Assembly: GCA_963717645.1 (NCBI GenBank)
Contig: CAVQWQ010000034.1
Location: 256,232-320,231 of the forward strand
Origin: an uncultured Actinomycetes bacterium
GTDB lineage: Bacteria; Actinomycetota; Acidimicrobiia; Acidimicrobiales; AC-9
Reading direction: 5' to 3'
DNA: 64,000 nucleotides
Part shown: piece by piece, positions 48,502 to 59,016 of the stretch
Position numbering within the stretch: the first letter of the stretch is position 1
How the letters are laid out: every line of letters begins with the position of its first letter
Notes under the pieces: model-generated
Seen by the model: only the letters and a program-made list of their open reading frames with translations
Database searches by the model: none
What the model was told of the DNA's origin: nothing
Position numbers and translations under genes: made by a program

Positions 48502-49956
48502 GTGACACGACTCGAACAGGCCGTCGAGCAGGCCGACGATCGCGCCGTCCGGACACCGCATCGCCAGGTTGCGCCGTGGGCCCTGGTGGCGATCTGCGCC
48601 GCCTACTTCATGGTGATCCTCGACACCACGGTGGTCAACGTCGCTTTGCCGGCGCTGTCGGAGGGCCTGCACACGACGACGACCGAGCTCGAGTGGGTGG
48701 TGGACGGCTACAGCCTGGTGTTCGCCGCCCTGTTGTTGTCGACCGGCGCACTCGGGGACCGGCGGGGCGCCAAGAGTGTGTTTCAAGCTGGTGTGGGCCT
48801 CTTCACCTGCGCGTCGCTCGCGTGCGGTCTCGCTCCCTCGACGGGCGTGCTGGTGGCAGCGCGCTGTGTGCAGGGTCTCGGAGCAGCCCTCGCCGTACCC
48901 GCCTCATTGGCGCTGTTGCAGGACACGTACTCGGACCAGGCGGCTCGACGTCGGGCGCTCGGGGTCTGGGGCGGCGTGGCGGGTATCGCCGCCGGTGCCG
49001 GACCCGTGATCGGTGGCGCGCTCGTGTCCGGGCTCGGCTGGCGCTCGGTGTTCTTCCTGAACGTGCCCATCGGAGTGGCCGGACTGGCGCTGGCCGGCCG
49101 GGTCCTTCCGTCGTCGGGCCGGCGTCCCCACGGCGTCGACCCGGCGGGGCAGCTCGCCGGGATCGCCGCTCTGGCTGGTGTGACGGTGGCCCTCGTCCAG
49201 GCGGGTCATGACGGCTGGGGATCGACAATCGTGCGTGCAGCGTTCGCGGTCTTCGTGGTGGCCGGCGCCGCCTTCCTCTTCATCGAGCGCCGAGCGCGAT
49301 CTCCGATGCTCCCGCTGGGCCTGTTCACGGCGTCGGGCTTCTCCGGCGCCACCGCCGTCGGATTGCTGATCAACCTCGGCTTCTACGGCGAGCTGTTCGT
49401 GATGAGCCTCTACCTTCAGCGGATCCACCACCTGACCCCGGTCGTCACCGGGTTGGCCCTGTTCCCCCAGATGGCGATGGCCATCGTGGGCTCGACCACG
49501 TCAGGTCGGGTCATGGCCCGCCGCGGCCCCCGCCGCCCGATGCTCACGGGCCTGTGCCTGGGAGGGGCCGGTCTTCTCGTCCTCGCGGTCGTCGTCGGCA
49601 GACACGGCGCCTATGCCCTGCTGCTCGTGCCCTTCGTTTCCGTTGGCCTCGGCATGTCCTTGACCATGCCCGCCGCCACGGCGGCGGTCATGGAAGCGGC
49701 GCCGACCGACCGGGGAGGGCTGGCTTCGGGCACCATCAACGCCGCCCGTCAGGTCGGTGGGGTGATCGGCGTGGCCCTCCTCGGGACCCTCGTCGCCGGC
49801 CGCGCCGCGTTCATCCCGGGTCTGCGCGTCGGCCTGACTGTCGCTGCCGCCGCATTCCTGCTCGGCGCTGTCCTCACGGCGCTGACCGTCGAACGCCCTC
49901 GTGCTGTGACAGAGCGCCAGGTGACAGTCCCGACAGCCGGCCGCCCTCGCGGGTGA
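48502..49956 (+). CDS. MFS transporter, DHA2 (14-TMS, EmrB/QacA-like)
   Basis: MVILDTTVVNVALPAL and GALGDRRGAK, with about 14 hydrophobic segments. Divergent from the ArsR gene. Confidence 0.8.
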   Translation: MTRLEQAVEQADDRAVRTPHRQVAPWALVAICAAYFMVILDTTVVNVALPALSEGLHTTTTELEWVVDGYSLVFAALLLSTGALGDRRGAKSVFQAGVGLFTCASLACGLAPSTGVLVAARCVQGLGAALAVPASLALLQDTYSDQAARRRALGVWGGVAGIAAGAGPVIGGALVSGLGWRSVFFLNVPIGVAGLALAGRVLPSSGRRPHGVDPAGQLAGIAALAGVTVALVQAGHDGWGSTIVRAAFAVFVVAGAAFLFIERRARSPMLPLGLFTASGFSGATAVGLLINLGFYGELFVMSLYLQRIHHLTPVVTGLALFPQMAMAIVGSTTSGRVMARRGPRRPMLTGLCLGGAGLLVLAVVVGRHGAYALLLVPFVSVGLGMSLTMPAATAAVMEAAPTDRGGLASGTINAARQVGGVIGVALLGTLVAGRAAFIPGLRVGLTVAAAAFLLGAVLTALTVERPRAVTERQVTVPTAGRPRG

Positions 49957-50001
49957 GGAGGGCCTGGTGGGCGTACCCGGCTGCAACGGCGAGATTCTTT
50001 G

Positions 50002-50463
50002 TCACGATGTATCGGCGGCCGACCACTCGATCAGAGGAGGGCGCACGGCGGCGCACAGGGGATTGCCCTTTCGATCGGTGAGGCCGAGCCGCGCCACAAT
50101 CGATCCGCCCTCGACCGCACGGTCGAGCACCGGGGGAGGGATCGCGTCGAGCCACAGCTTCGCCCGTCGGAAGAGCATGAAGCTGTCGCCGTCATCGACG
50201 ACGCCCCACGACAGATAGATGAACCGGCGACCCGGCGAGCCCTGGATGTAGGCGCCCTTGACGTCGACACCAGTCGCCGTGCGCACGGCGGTGCAGTCGA
50301 GAGTCCAGATGGCCGAGGGCGCATCGCCGGGGACCAGATCGAGCAGGTCGTCCCGCTTGTTTCGACGTTGCACCCCGACATGGATGTTGTCATAGCCGGG
50401 AAAGTCACGGCTGGCACCGCAGGAACTTCCTGGCAGGTCGGCGCCTTCGATGCGGATCTGCAT
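50002..50463 (-). CDS. Hypothetical protein (DUF)
   Basis: Compositionally normal 153-aa ORF. No motif recognised. Confidence 0.4.
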   Translation of the reverse strand: MQIRIEGADLPGSSCGASRDFPGYDNIHVGVQRRNKRDDLLDLVPGDAPSAIWTLDCTAVRTATGVDVKGAYIQGSPGRRFIYLSWGVVDDGDSFMLFRRAKLWLDAIPPPVLDRAVEGGSIVARLGLTDRKGNPLCAAVRPPLIEWSAADTS

Positions 50464-50537
50464 ACCGTCAGTATGGTCGCTCTAGAGCGCGGTTTTGACG
50501 GGTACCTGTAGCCTCCATTCGACGTGGATGGATCGAG

Positions 50538-50660
50538 GTGGGAGGACCGATGTCGAGAGACGTCATGTCGGGGAAGATCGCCCTCGTCACAGGCGCGACG
50601 TCCGGGATCGGGGAGAGCACGGCTCGACGCCTCGCCGCCATCGGTGCCACTGTCGGTGTG
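50538..50660 (+). pseudogene. N-terminal remnant of an SDR gene
   Basis: GKIALVTGATSGIGESTARRLAAIGATVGVVGRSEE, then the frame degenerates into Arg/Ser-rich text. Confidence 0.4.
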
Positions 50661-50865
50661 GTTGGTCGTTCCGAGGAACCTGCTCGGAGCTCATCCCCCG
50701 CCGGGCCCAAGACCTTGCCCAGCGCCGCCAGGTCGGCGTGCAAGAGGAGCCGGCTGTGTAGGTGGGCAAACGCCCGGTAGAACCACTTGCCTACGGAACA
50801 ATGCTCACCTGTGCCACGGGGCGCGTACCTGATGAGGGGCAGCGGCACGGCCCACCTCAGCCACG

Positions 50866-51849
50866 TCAGGCTGGCGCAAGTGCGGCGACCGATCGGCGAA
50901 CTGCCTCCTCTACGCCGACCGCAGGCCGATAACCGAGCGACTCCAGCTTGCTCACGTCGTAGCGCGGCCCGACGCCGATTTCCCGGACCGCATAGCGGGT
51001 CATCAGCGGGCGCGTGGCGCTCCGCCTGGCCCGAGCCACGGCCTCCGAAACGGCTCCCATCCCCAGCCCCACGGAGTAGGGGACCGAGAAGCGGGGTGGC
51101 CGCAGTCCTGCTGCCTTGGCTACGAGCTCGACGAAGCCTTTGAAGCTGAGACCGAAGCCGTCGGAGACGATGTATCCCTCTCCCGCCGCCTGCTTGGAGC
51201 CGGCGACGAGAGCGATGGCATCGGCCAGGTTCTCGTTGTAGGTGAGCTCCATCGCAGCCTTGCCCCCGCTGAAGTACACCAGCTGGCCCGACCGCAGCCC
51301 GCGCACCAGCTCGGGGACCAGATGACGGTCACCTGGTCCGAAGATCCAGGTCGGATAGACCACCGACACCTCCATGCCGCGATCCTGGAAGCTCCAAGCC
51401 AGGTTCTCGGCCTCCAGCTTGGTTCGGGAGTAGGGATGGTCTACCCCTACCTTGGGGGTCTCCTCGTCTATCACGACGTCGTTGCGGAAGCCGAACACGT
51501 CGATGGTGCTCACGAAGACGAATCGGCCCACTCGGCTGCGCTGGGCCTCCTCAAGAAGCGCCTTGGTCCCCTCGCAGTTGGCCTGGTAGAAGGCCTCCTC
51601 GGCTCCCCAGTCATCGACCATCGCCGCAGTATGGACGACCGTGTTGGCGCCGTTGCATAGTTCACGAAGGCTGTCGGGTCGCGTGAGATCTCCCACATGC
51701 TCCGTGTAGCCATCCGCGTTTTCCGCCCAGCCGGCACCTTTGTCGCGCACAAGGCCGCGCACCTCGTAGCCCCGAGCGGCGAAAACGCGGGCGACCGCGG
51801 ATCCCACACAGCCCCCGACGCCTGTAACGACCGCTATGCCTTCCGACAT
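50866..51849 (-). CDS. NAD-dependent epimerase/dehydratase (3-beta-HSD-like extended SDR)
   Basis: IAVVTGVGGCVGSAVARVF (GxxGxxG) and YSRTK (YxxxK). Confidence 0.8.
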   Translation of the reverse strand: MSEGIAVVTGVGGCVGSAVARVFAARGYEVRGLVRDKGAGWAENADGYTEHVGDLTRPDSLRELCNGANTVVHTAAMVDDWGAEEAFYQANCEGTKALLEEAQRSRVGRFVFVSTIDVFGFRNDVVIDEETPKVGVDHPYSRTKLEAENLAWSFQDRGMEVSVVYPTWIFGPGDRHLVPELVRGLRSGQLVYFSGGKAAMELTYNENLADAIALVAGSKQAAGEGYIVSDGFGLSFKGFVELVAKAAGLRPPRFSVPYSVGLGMGAVSEAVARARRSATRPLMTRYAVREIGVGPRYDVSKLESLGYRPAVGVEEAVRRSVAALAPA

Positions 51850-52009
51850 GACCTGTGCCTTCCCCTGGTCTGTTTCCCTACGCTGAACGAGCCTCATCAC
51901 ATCTAGGCCACCATGCCCTGCGCCTTCGAGACAACCCCTAGCACGCCGTGAGGCTGCCATACGCCGCTTCCAACTCCGGGGCGGCGGTCAACGCCCAGAA
52001 GGCCAGCGT

Positions 52010-52309
52010 TCATCCTGGAACGTCTTCGTCCGCTCCGGTTCGGCCAATCGTGTCGAGCGCGTGGGCCACGATGTGGTCATCGTCCATGTGGCAGGCGGCA
52101 TTCAGTCGGGTCGAGCCGCAGACCAGGATTGCTCGGCCTGAGCTTGGTCCCAGATGAAGACCCACCGTTTCGATCGCCTTGCCGTCCCGCATGTGTGACA
52201 CCCACGTCTCGTTGCCCTCCAATGTCTTCCCATCTCATTCAAAGGAGAAGTGCAGGAGGGCCACGACGTGCTCATCGTTGCCCACCACGTCTTGGATGGT
52301 CACCTTCAT
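52010..52309 (-). pseudogene. NTF2/SnoaL-like gene interrupted by a single in-frame TGA (MKVTIQDVVGNDEHVVALLHFSFE-UGA-DGKTLEGNETWVSHMRDGKAIE...)
   Basis: Minus-strand ORFs 52235..52540 and 52010..52222 are in the same frame, separated only by TGA at 52232-52234. Trp at that position gives the SnoaL-like FSFEWDGK. Confidence 0.4.
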
Positions 52310-52673
52310 CGAGTCACGAGTCGCCTGCGCAGATTGCATCAGAAGGGCGTAGGCCGTATCACGCCCTTGGTGACTCCCGCTCACCCAACTCTGACCAGGA
52401 CACATGTGGAGCACTGCATCGGGTGTGCTTCTCGCGGCGATCGACAATGATGACAGCACAAGCGGAACCACGAACGGTTGTTGACGGCCCGTCAGGTGCG
52501 GGGCCGGCGGTGCAGGGACCACGACCCAACATGGAACCACCCACTTCTGTCGGAAACTGCGAAGCCCGCCGGCCGTGCACTAGCGCATCCGGCCGTCACC
52601 CACGCACGCGGTGAGTCGTCCGGTGGCAACGGTCATTGAGGAGCACAACGCACGAGTTCGCCGGGTCGCTGTC

Positions 52674-55334
52674 TCAGAACGCCTGGCGGAACACTTCGAG
52701 GACCTCGGCGGGATCGCTTACCGGGCGGGCGTTGAACAGTGTGGCTGTGTCACCGAGGGCGTGCAGCGCTGCCGCCTCCAGGGCGTCCTCGGGGACACCA
52801 AGCCCTCGCAACGTCATCGGGTGATTGATCTCCCTCATCAACTCCTCGACGGCGTCTGCCGCGGCAAACGCAGCGTCGTGATCGGCCAAACCGGCCGTGT
52901 TGACGCCGAGCGCCTGTGCCGCCATGGCCAGCTTGTCGGCAGCGTACTCGGCGTTGAAGCGCATCACCTTGGGCAGCACGATCCCGCATGCGGTGCCGTG
53001 GTGGACGTGGTGTAGTAACCCAACGGTGTGCGCCATGGAGTGCGCGAGGCCGACCTGCGCCGTCGAGAAGGCCCAGCCAGCCATGCACGCCGCCACCGAC
53101 ACCTGAATTCGCGCCTGCTCGTCCACGCCGTTGGCCACGGCTCGCGGCAGGTACTCCTTCATGAGCCGGAGGGCGTGCAGGGCCTGCCCGTCGCAGACGG
53201 TCTGAGATAACGTGCTCGTGAGCGCCTCGATGGCGTGCGTTATCGCGTCCATGCCCGTCGCTGCCGTGAGGTGAGCCGGAAGGGTGATTGTCATGCGGGG
53301 GTCGAGGATGGCAACGTTCGGGACGATGTTCGCGTCGACGATATATACCTTCTGGTTAAGCGTCGTGTTGTGGATCACCGCAACGTCGGTCACTTCGCTC
53401 CCGGTTCCGGCAGTGGTCGGGATGGCGATGTGCGGTGTCTGCGGCTCGCTCAGGCGCATGAGCGCGATGTGGTCGTTCGCCTCTCCGCCGTTCTTGAGGG
53501 TCACGCAGACCCCCTTTGCGGTGTCGATGACGCTCCCGCCCCCGACGCTGACGATACAGTCGGCACCGAGCTCACGGGCCTTCGCGGTGGCCGAGTCGAC
53601 TGCAGCCAGATCGCTGTCCGACGGGATGTCATCGAAGGCTCCCACGTAGAAGTCGCAGAGCGCATCCCGGACGAGCTGGGCGAGCCCCGCCTGGCGGACA
53701 CCGGAATCGGTCAGGATCAGGGCCCGGCGGCAGCCGAGGCTGACCACCGCCTGCGGCAGCGCGGCGAGCGTGCCATGGCCGGCGATGACGTTGGTAGGCG
53801 ACTTGTACTGGAGCGCGTCGAGTCGCGGGTTGTCCGCGAAGAGGTTCATCGTGAAGTTGGCCTGTCGCGAGGCGGCGGAGCTCACGTGTATGCGCTTGAT
53901 CTGGGTGTACTCGGCGAGCCCCACGGCTCCGAACTCTCGACCGACCCCCGACTGCTTGTAGCCGCCGAAGGGAGCGAAGTCGCCGAAGATGTGGAAGTTG
54001 TTGATCCACATGGTGCCCGTACGGACCTGACGGGCTATCCACTCCGCCCTGGCGTTGTTGTTCGAGAAGACCCCGCCCGCCAGCCCGTACACGGAGTCGT
54101 TGGCGATGCTGACCGCTTCTTCATCCGAGTCGAACCGCTCGACACAGACGACCGGCCCAAAGATCTCCTCCTGGGCGATTCGCATGTCGTTCCGCACGTT
54201 CGCGAAGATGGTCGGCGCGTAGTAGAAGCCACCTTCGAAACCCGGTATCTCGACGCGGCTCCCGCCCGTGATCAGCTCCGCGCCTTCCTCTGTTCCCAGC
54301 CGGACGTAGCGTTCGACGGTCGCCAGTTGGGCGGCGCTGACCAACGGTCCTTGGTGCGAGCCGGGGAGGAGCTGGTACCCCACCCGCAGCTCTTCGGTGC
54401 GCTTGCGCATGCGCTCGACGAATTCATCGTAGATCTTTCCGGCAACCAAGACCCGGGTACCCGATTCGCAGACCTGTCCCTGGTGGAAGAACGTGCCGAA
54501 GATTGCCCCCTCCACCGCCAGGTCCGCGTCAGCGTCGTCCAGGATGATGTTGGCCGACTTGCCACCCAGTTCCAGGGTGACCTTCTTGACGGTGTCCGAG
54601 GCCATCCGCATGATCTGGGCGCCGACGGAGGTGCTGCCGGTGAACGCGATCTTGTCCACCTCGGGGTGGGTACACAACGTCGCGCCCAACTCCGCGCCCG
54701 GGCCGGTAAGAACGTTGATGACACCAGCGGGGATGCCGGCGTTCTGGGCGGCCTCGGCCATGATGAGCGCCGTCAGCGGGGTGACCGATGCCGGCTTCAG
54801 GACGATGGTGTTCCCCATCACGATGGCGTGAGCGATCTTCCAGGAGGCCATGCTGATCGGGAAGTTCCAGGGAATAATGCCGACGCAGACCCCGATCGGC
54901 TCGCGGCGGATGTACTCGCGGGCGGGTGCGAAGACGTTTCCGGAGTAGGGAATCTCCTCTTCCCAGGGGAACTTCGTGGCGGCGTAGTGGCCGAGGTTGC
55001 GCAGCGTCCCAGACGCGAGCATTCCCCAGAACTTGCTGAGCCCGATGACCTGGCCGGAGTCCATCGACTCCACCACGGCCAGTCGAATGCCTTGCGAGGC
55101 GATGTGGTCGGCGAAGTTGTAGCACTTGCGCGCTCGTACCTCTGGCGTCAGACGACTCCATTCTCCATGGTCGAAAGCGTGCCGCGCCGCGGCGATCGCC
55201 GCCTCGGCGTCAGCTATGCCAGCCCGCGCGACCTGGGCGATGGGAACGCCTGTGCCGGGATCGATGGACTCGAACGTCTCACCGCTCTGTGCATCGAGGA
55301 ATTCACCATTTATGAACAGCTTGTACACATCCAT
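52674..55334 (-). CDS. Fusion protein: N-terminal NAD(P)-aldehyde dehydrogenase (non-acylating type) plus C-terminal iron-containing alcohol dehydrogenase
   Basis: The ALDH domain has FTGSTSVGAQIM, ELGGKSANIIL and a catalytic FFHQGQVCESGTR. The Fe-ADH domain has SVGGGSVIDTAKG and AIPTTAGTGSEVT plus His clusters. 886 aa. Confidence 0.85.
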   Translation of the reverse strand: MDVYKLFINGEFLDAQSGETFESIDPGTGVPIAQVARAGIADAEAAIAAARHAFDHGEWSRLTPEVRARKCYNFADHIASQGIRLAVVESMDSGQVIGLSKFWGMLASGTLRNLGHYAATKFPWEEEIPYSGNVFAPAREYIRREPIGVCVGIIPWNFPISMASWKIAHAIVMGNTIVLKPASVTPLTALIMAEAAQNAGIPAGVINVLTGPGAELGATLCTHPEVDKIAFTGSTSVGAQIMRMASDTVKKVTLELGGKSANIILDDADADLAVEGAIFGTFFHQGQVCESGTRVLVAGKIYDEFVERMRKRTEELRVGYQLLPGSHQGPLVSAAQLATVERYVRLGTEEGAELITGGSRVEIPGFEGGFYYAPTIFANVRNDMRIAQEEIFGPVVCVERFDSDEEAVSIANDSVYGLAGGVFSNNNARAEWIARQVRTGTMWINNFHIFGDFAPFGGYKQSGVGREFGAVGLAEYTQIKRIHVSSAASRQANFTMNLFADNPRLDALQYKSPTNVIAGHGTLAALPQAVVSLGCRRALILTDSGVRQAGLAQLVRDALCDFYVGAFDDIPSDSDLAAVDSATAKARELGADCIVSVGGGSVIDTAKGVCVTLKNGGEANDHIALMRLSEPQTPHIAIPTTAGTGSEVTDVAVIHNTTLNQKVYIVDANIVPNVAILDPRMTITLPAHLTAATGMDAITHAIEALTSTLSQTVCDGQALHALRLMKEYLPRAVANGVDEQARIQVSVAACMAGWAFSTAQVGLAHSMAHTVGLLHHVHHGTACGIVLPKVMRFNAEYAADKLAMAAQALGVNTAGLADHDAAFAAADAVEELMREINHPMTLRGLGVPEDALEAAALHALGDTATLFNARPVSDPAEVLEVFRQAF

Positions 55335-55739
55335 GGCATCAGTACCGTTTTCGCCGTGTGTGCAGGGGATTTATTGACTGTGCGCTCCACGGCCGCGGAG
55401 GAGTAGAGCCGATGGTCCCAAGTCGCGCTGTCGGAATCAGCGCCGTCTCCTGGTCGATCCGGGCGAGACCAGTGTTGCTTCGTGCTTGGGCGCCGGATCC
55501 AGGACCAGCAAAGTGCTGCAGAGTCCCCCAGAGGAGTGAATGGCAGGTCGCTAGGGGAGTCGCTGCTACAGGACTCCAGGTTCTCCAGGGACGCCGGCTT
55601 CCTCCATGGACGTCGTCTCGTCCTCGGCCATCTTCGGGACCTCTGTCGGTCACGCCGCCGCTGAAGCCGATACGTTCGGCAGGCCAGAAGCCCACCAGCC
55701 GGGGCGTGGCCGTCTGGCCGGTCGGCCCGTCAGCTGGAG

Positions 55740-56445
55740 GTGGACGTGATCCATGGGTGTGACTTCTCCTTGGGCATGCTCCAGCACGCATCGAGGCGGG
55801 GGGACAGTGGCTGGGTTGCCGAGAGACTCCCCCCGCGCTCGGCTTCGATGGACGCGGTGATCTCGACCGAGTCGTTCCACTGGTTCCCTGATCCGGACGC
55901 CGCCCTCGCCGAGTCCCCCCCGGGGTACTGGCTCCTGAGAGGAGGGCCCCGCGCTCGTGGTTGCCAACGACAGCGGAACCAACCTGATGCCCGACGCCGG
56001 GGCGCTGTACGCTGCTCTCGTGCGCCACCGGGGAATCGATCATCCGACGTACTCACCGGCCTACGACGCGCTTTTCGCTGCCCGGGCTCGACTCGACGCT
56101 TCGGCGCTCGGGCGTGCTTCCGGCCAGTCCAGCCAATGCCGAGGCCGCCCTCGACCAGGGCGGCGTGGTGGTGGTCTATCCCAGGTACTCCAGCCACTGG
56201 ACTGGTCGGCATGGTGGGACCGAGAGGATGATCCAGCTGCCGTGCACCGCTGCTACGAGGAGACCGAAGCCGTTCTCCAGCACGGGCTCGATCATCTCGT
56301 CTCGGAGACCCCAAATGCGCTGCTCGCCCGGTTCAGGAGAGGGCCGGCCAACCGCGGCGCAGCGCGAGCGGGAGATGCCGAAGAGGGGAGGGAGACCGAC
56401 AGACCTGCAGTCCACGTCACTCCCCAGGAGCCCGTGGCCGCGTAG
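55740..56445 (+). pseudogene. Class I SAM-methyltransferase remnant, N-terminally truncated and frameshifted
   Basis: CDFSLGMLQHA...SMDAVISTESFHWFPDPDAALAE (post-I/II/III motifs) with no motif I. The frame breaks at a C7G4 homopolymer near 55914-55924, and plausible protein continues in ORF 55957..56445. Confidence 0.4.
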
Positions 56446-56885
56446 GGGGATCGGCCCGCACAAGGCGGCGGCGCCATTGTGGCCGTGGTGGTTACGTTGA
56501 ACGTCGGACTCTACTCGACGATGTTGTGACGCGCGGTGACAGCAGACCTCTACTCAGGAGACTCTCCGATGAGGTTCGCTCGCTCCGGAGCTGACTGACC
56601 CCACCATTAAACGATACCTAGGTGGCGGCCTCTTCTCTCGAGGCCCACACTTGCCAAGCTCCCGAAATGAGGCCGGCGTTTGGCCGGCTCTCAATCGTGA
56701 CGAACCGAACCTGGTCGGCGACCCCGACGGTGTAGTGGTCGTTAGCAAGGGACCAGTGAGGACCGGTCATCGGGATCTTATGGAAATCGTCAGTCGACTC
56801 CGGGCGGAGTACCTTGGTGCTGAGGCTCCAATAGTCGGGTTGCCGCAAAGCACTCCGCCTCTCGGCGCGGAGGGAGGGCCCAGCG

Positions 56886-58655
56886 ATGGTGGAGGCCGTG
56901 CAGGTCGGGGAAGCTGGAGCCAAGGAGCCGAACGCGCTCGCCCGGGCGCTGTGGTACCGCCAGCTGGGTCGATACCCGAACACCGGGCCTCGCTACTTCT
57001 ACCTGGGCATCGTGGTCGTCGGCACGATCATGCTCTACTACCAGCTGTACGTGGGGGGTGCCGTAGCTCCCCAGATCACCACCTCGCTCCACATGTCGTT
57101 CCCCTTCTTCGTGTACATCCTGGTGATAGGCAACGCTCTGGGCGCCTTTGGATCGCTCTTCGCCGGGTTGGCCGACCGTTGGGGGAGGGCCAACCTCGTC
57201 GCCTACGGCCTGGTCTTCACGGGCGCCATGATCGCCTTCGGCGTGCCCAACGCACCGAACAAGTACGCCTTCATCGTGATGGCCTCCTCGATCGGCTTCG
57301 TGGAAGGCATCATCCTGGTGGCCACGCCGGCTCTCGTGCGAGACTACTCCCCGCAGATCGGGCGAGCCTCGGCCATGGGGTTCTGGACCCTTGGGGCGGT
57401 CATTGGCAGCCTGATCGTGAGCCTGGTCTCCAGCCACACCGTCAACGACCTGCACTTCTGGTACTCAGGGGTCAACGGGGTGGTGTGGCAGGACCAGTTC
57501 GTCATCTGCGGGATCGTCGGGCTGGTGGTTGCCGCCGTCGCCGTGGCCTTCCTGCGAGAACTGTCCCCCCGCCTCCGCGACCAGCTGATGGTGACAATGC
57601 GCGACCGGGTGCTCATCGAGGCCCGAGCCAAGGGGCTCGATCTCGGGGCTGCACTTCGCCATCCCTGGCGCCAGATGCTCCACCTCGACATCGTGGGCTC
57701 GGCGTTCGCCATCAGCTTGTTCCTGATCGTCTACTACACCCTGATCGGCTTTGCGGTCCTGTACTTCGTCTTCGTATTCGGTTTCACCACGCAGCAGGCC
57801 AACAGCCTCGGGAACTGGATATGGGCATTCAACGCCGGGGCCCTGGTGTTGGTGGGCGTGGTGTCGGACTGGCTGCGGGTTCGCAAGCCCTTGATGGTGG
57901 TGGGCGGCCTGGGCGCCATCGCCATGACGTCGCTGTTCGCCTACCAGACCTACAACGTCCATACCGGCTACTACACCTTTGTCTGGATCCTGAGCCTGAT
58001 GGCCATCTTCATGGGTGTGGTCTTCGCCCCGTGGATGGCGAGCTTCACCGAGACGGTCGAGAAGCGCAGTCCCGCCCTCATCGCCACGGGCTTGGCCGTG
58101 TGGGGATGGATTATCCGAGCGGTGATCTCTGTGTCGTTCTTGATCCTTCCCTACGTGGTCACCACCATGAGCCCGCTCTTCGAGATCGGGACGACGGCGC
58201 AGGCAATCCAGGCCAAGTATCCCGCCCAGGTGAAGACCCTGCAGACCCTCAACGTTGTCGCCGACTCCCAGACGCTGGCCGCCCTCAAAGCCAATCCCAA
58301 TGACCTCACCGCCGGCCTCAAGGCTGCCGGTGAGTTCGCGGCGGCAGAGCACATCCCCCTCAGCCAGGCGGTGACGCAGCTCCAAGCCACCCAGAGGATG
58401 CCCGCCTCGGACATCGCCTACCTGAACGCCCACGGTACCCGGTTGCAGAACGCTCTGAATGCCGCACCCCGGGAGGGGAGGACGTGGTGGTGGGTGTGTG
58501 TCGGGACGGAGGCTGTGTTCATCCCCTTCATCTTCGTGATGGCGGGACGTTGGAGCCCTCGGCGGGCGAGGCGGGACGAGCGCGAGCATGAGCAGCTGGT
58601 TGAACGGGAGTTCGAAGCCTTGCACGCGTCCGGTGGTCTGGCCGCGCCCATCTGA
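56886..58655 (+). CDS. MFS-type transporter (large, about 12 or more TMS with a soluble C-terminal tail)
   Basis: Many hydrophobic helices and an MFS-like GxxxDRxGRA pattern (GLADRWGRAN). Confidence 0.7.
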   Translation: MVEAVQVGEAGAKEPNALARALWYRQLGRYPNTGPRYFYLGIVVVGTIMLYYQLYVGGAVAPQITTSLHMSFPFFVYILVIGNALGAFGSLFAGLADRWGRANLVAYGLVFTGAMIAFGVPNAPNKYAFIVMASSIGFVEGIILVATPALVRDYSPQIGRASAMGFWTLGAVIGSLIVSLVSSHTVNDLHFWYSGVNGVVWQDQFVICGIVGLVVAAVAVAFLRELSPRLRDQLMVTMRDRVLIEARAKGLDLGAALRHPWRQMLHLDIVGSAFAISLFLIVYYTLIGFAVLYFVFVFGFTTQQANSLGNWIWAFNAGALVLVGVVSDWLRVRKPLMVVGGLGAIAMTSLFAYQTYNVHTGYYTFVWILSLMAIFMGVVFAPWMASFTETVEKRSPALIATGLAVWGWIIRAVISVSFLILPYVVTTMSPLFEIGTTAQAIQAKYPAQVKTLQTLNVVADSQTLAALKANPNDLTAGLKAAGEFAAAEHIPLSQAVTQLQATQRMPASDIAYLNAHGTRLQNALNAAPREGRTWWWVCVGTEAVFIPFIFVMAGRWSPRRARRDEREHEQLVEREFEALHASGGLAAPI

Positions 58656-59016
58656 CGGCCTGACGGCGCGCGGCGAGCAGTCTCATGCCCGACAACCTCG
58701 TACTCTCGCGCCATAGGCCCAAAGCGCTAAAGCTCGCCAGGGTGCCTACGCTGCCTGGTGAGTAGCGGGAGGGAACCTACCCGTGGGTGCCGAAATTGCG
58801 TCGCTACATCGACGCCGCGCCTCCCCGTTTGGCCGGAGGTGGCTTTCAGCCAGCAAGCTGAGGTTCATGGCGCTTCGATTCCTCTACCGTGCGGCCAGTC
58901 GCGCCCTTGACCAGGTCGTGCTCCGCTTCCGGGCCGGCGATGACACCGCCATCCTGCAACGCGAGTGCGGTAGGTTTCTCCCGGCCGAGCTGCCCGAATC
59001 ACCTTAGAGTGGGCAC

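Noticed and set aside
52674-55334. Calling the ALDH/Fe-ADH fusion a canonical adhE
   Set aside because: The N-terminal domain matches non-acylating ALDH motifs rather than the CoA-acylating type, so it is described generically.
56651-58303. 550-aa plus ORF
   Set aside because: Off-frame of the MFS transporter gene, which shows coherent TM helices.
58783-59007. 74-aa ORF in the same frame as the HAD gene, separated by a single TAG
   Set aside because: The sequence (ALRFLYRAASRALDQVVLRF...) does not resemble a HAD N-terminus, and the HAD DxD motif lies right at the 59017 start. Treated as a non-coding upstream frame rather than a third stop-interrupted gene.
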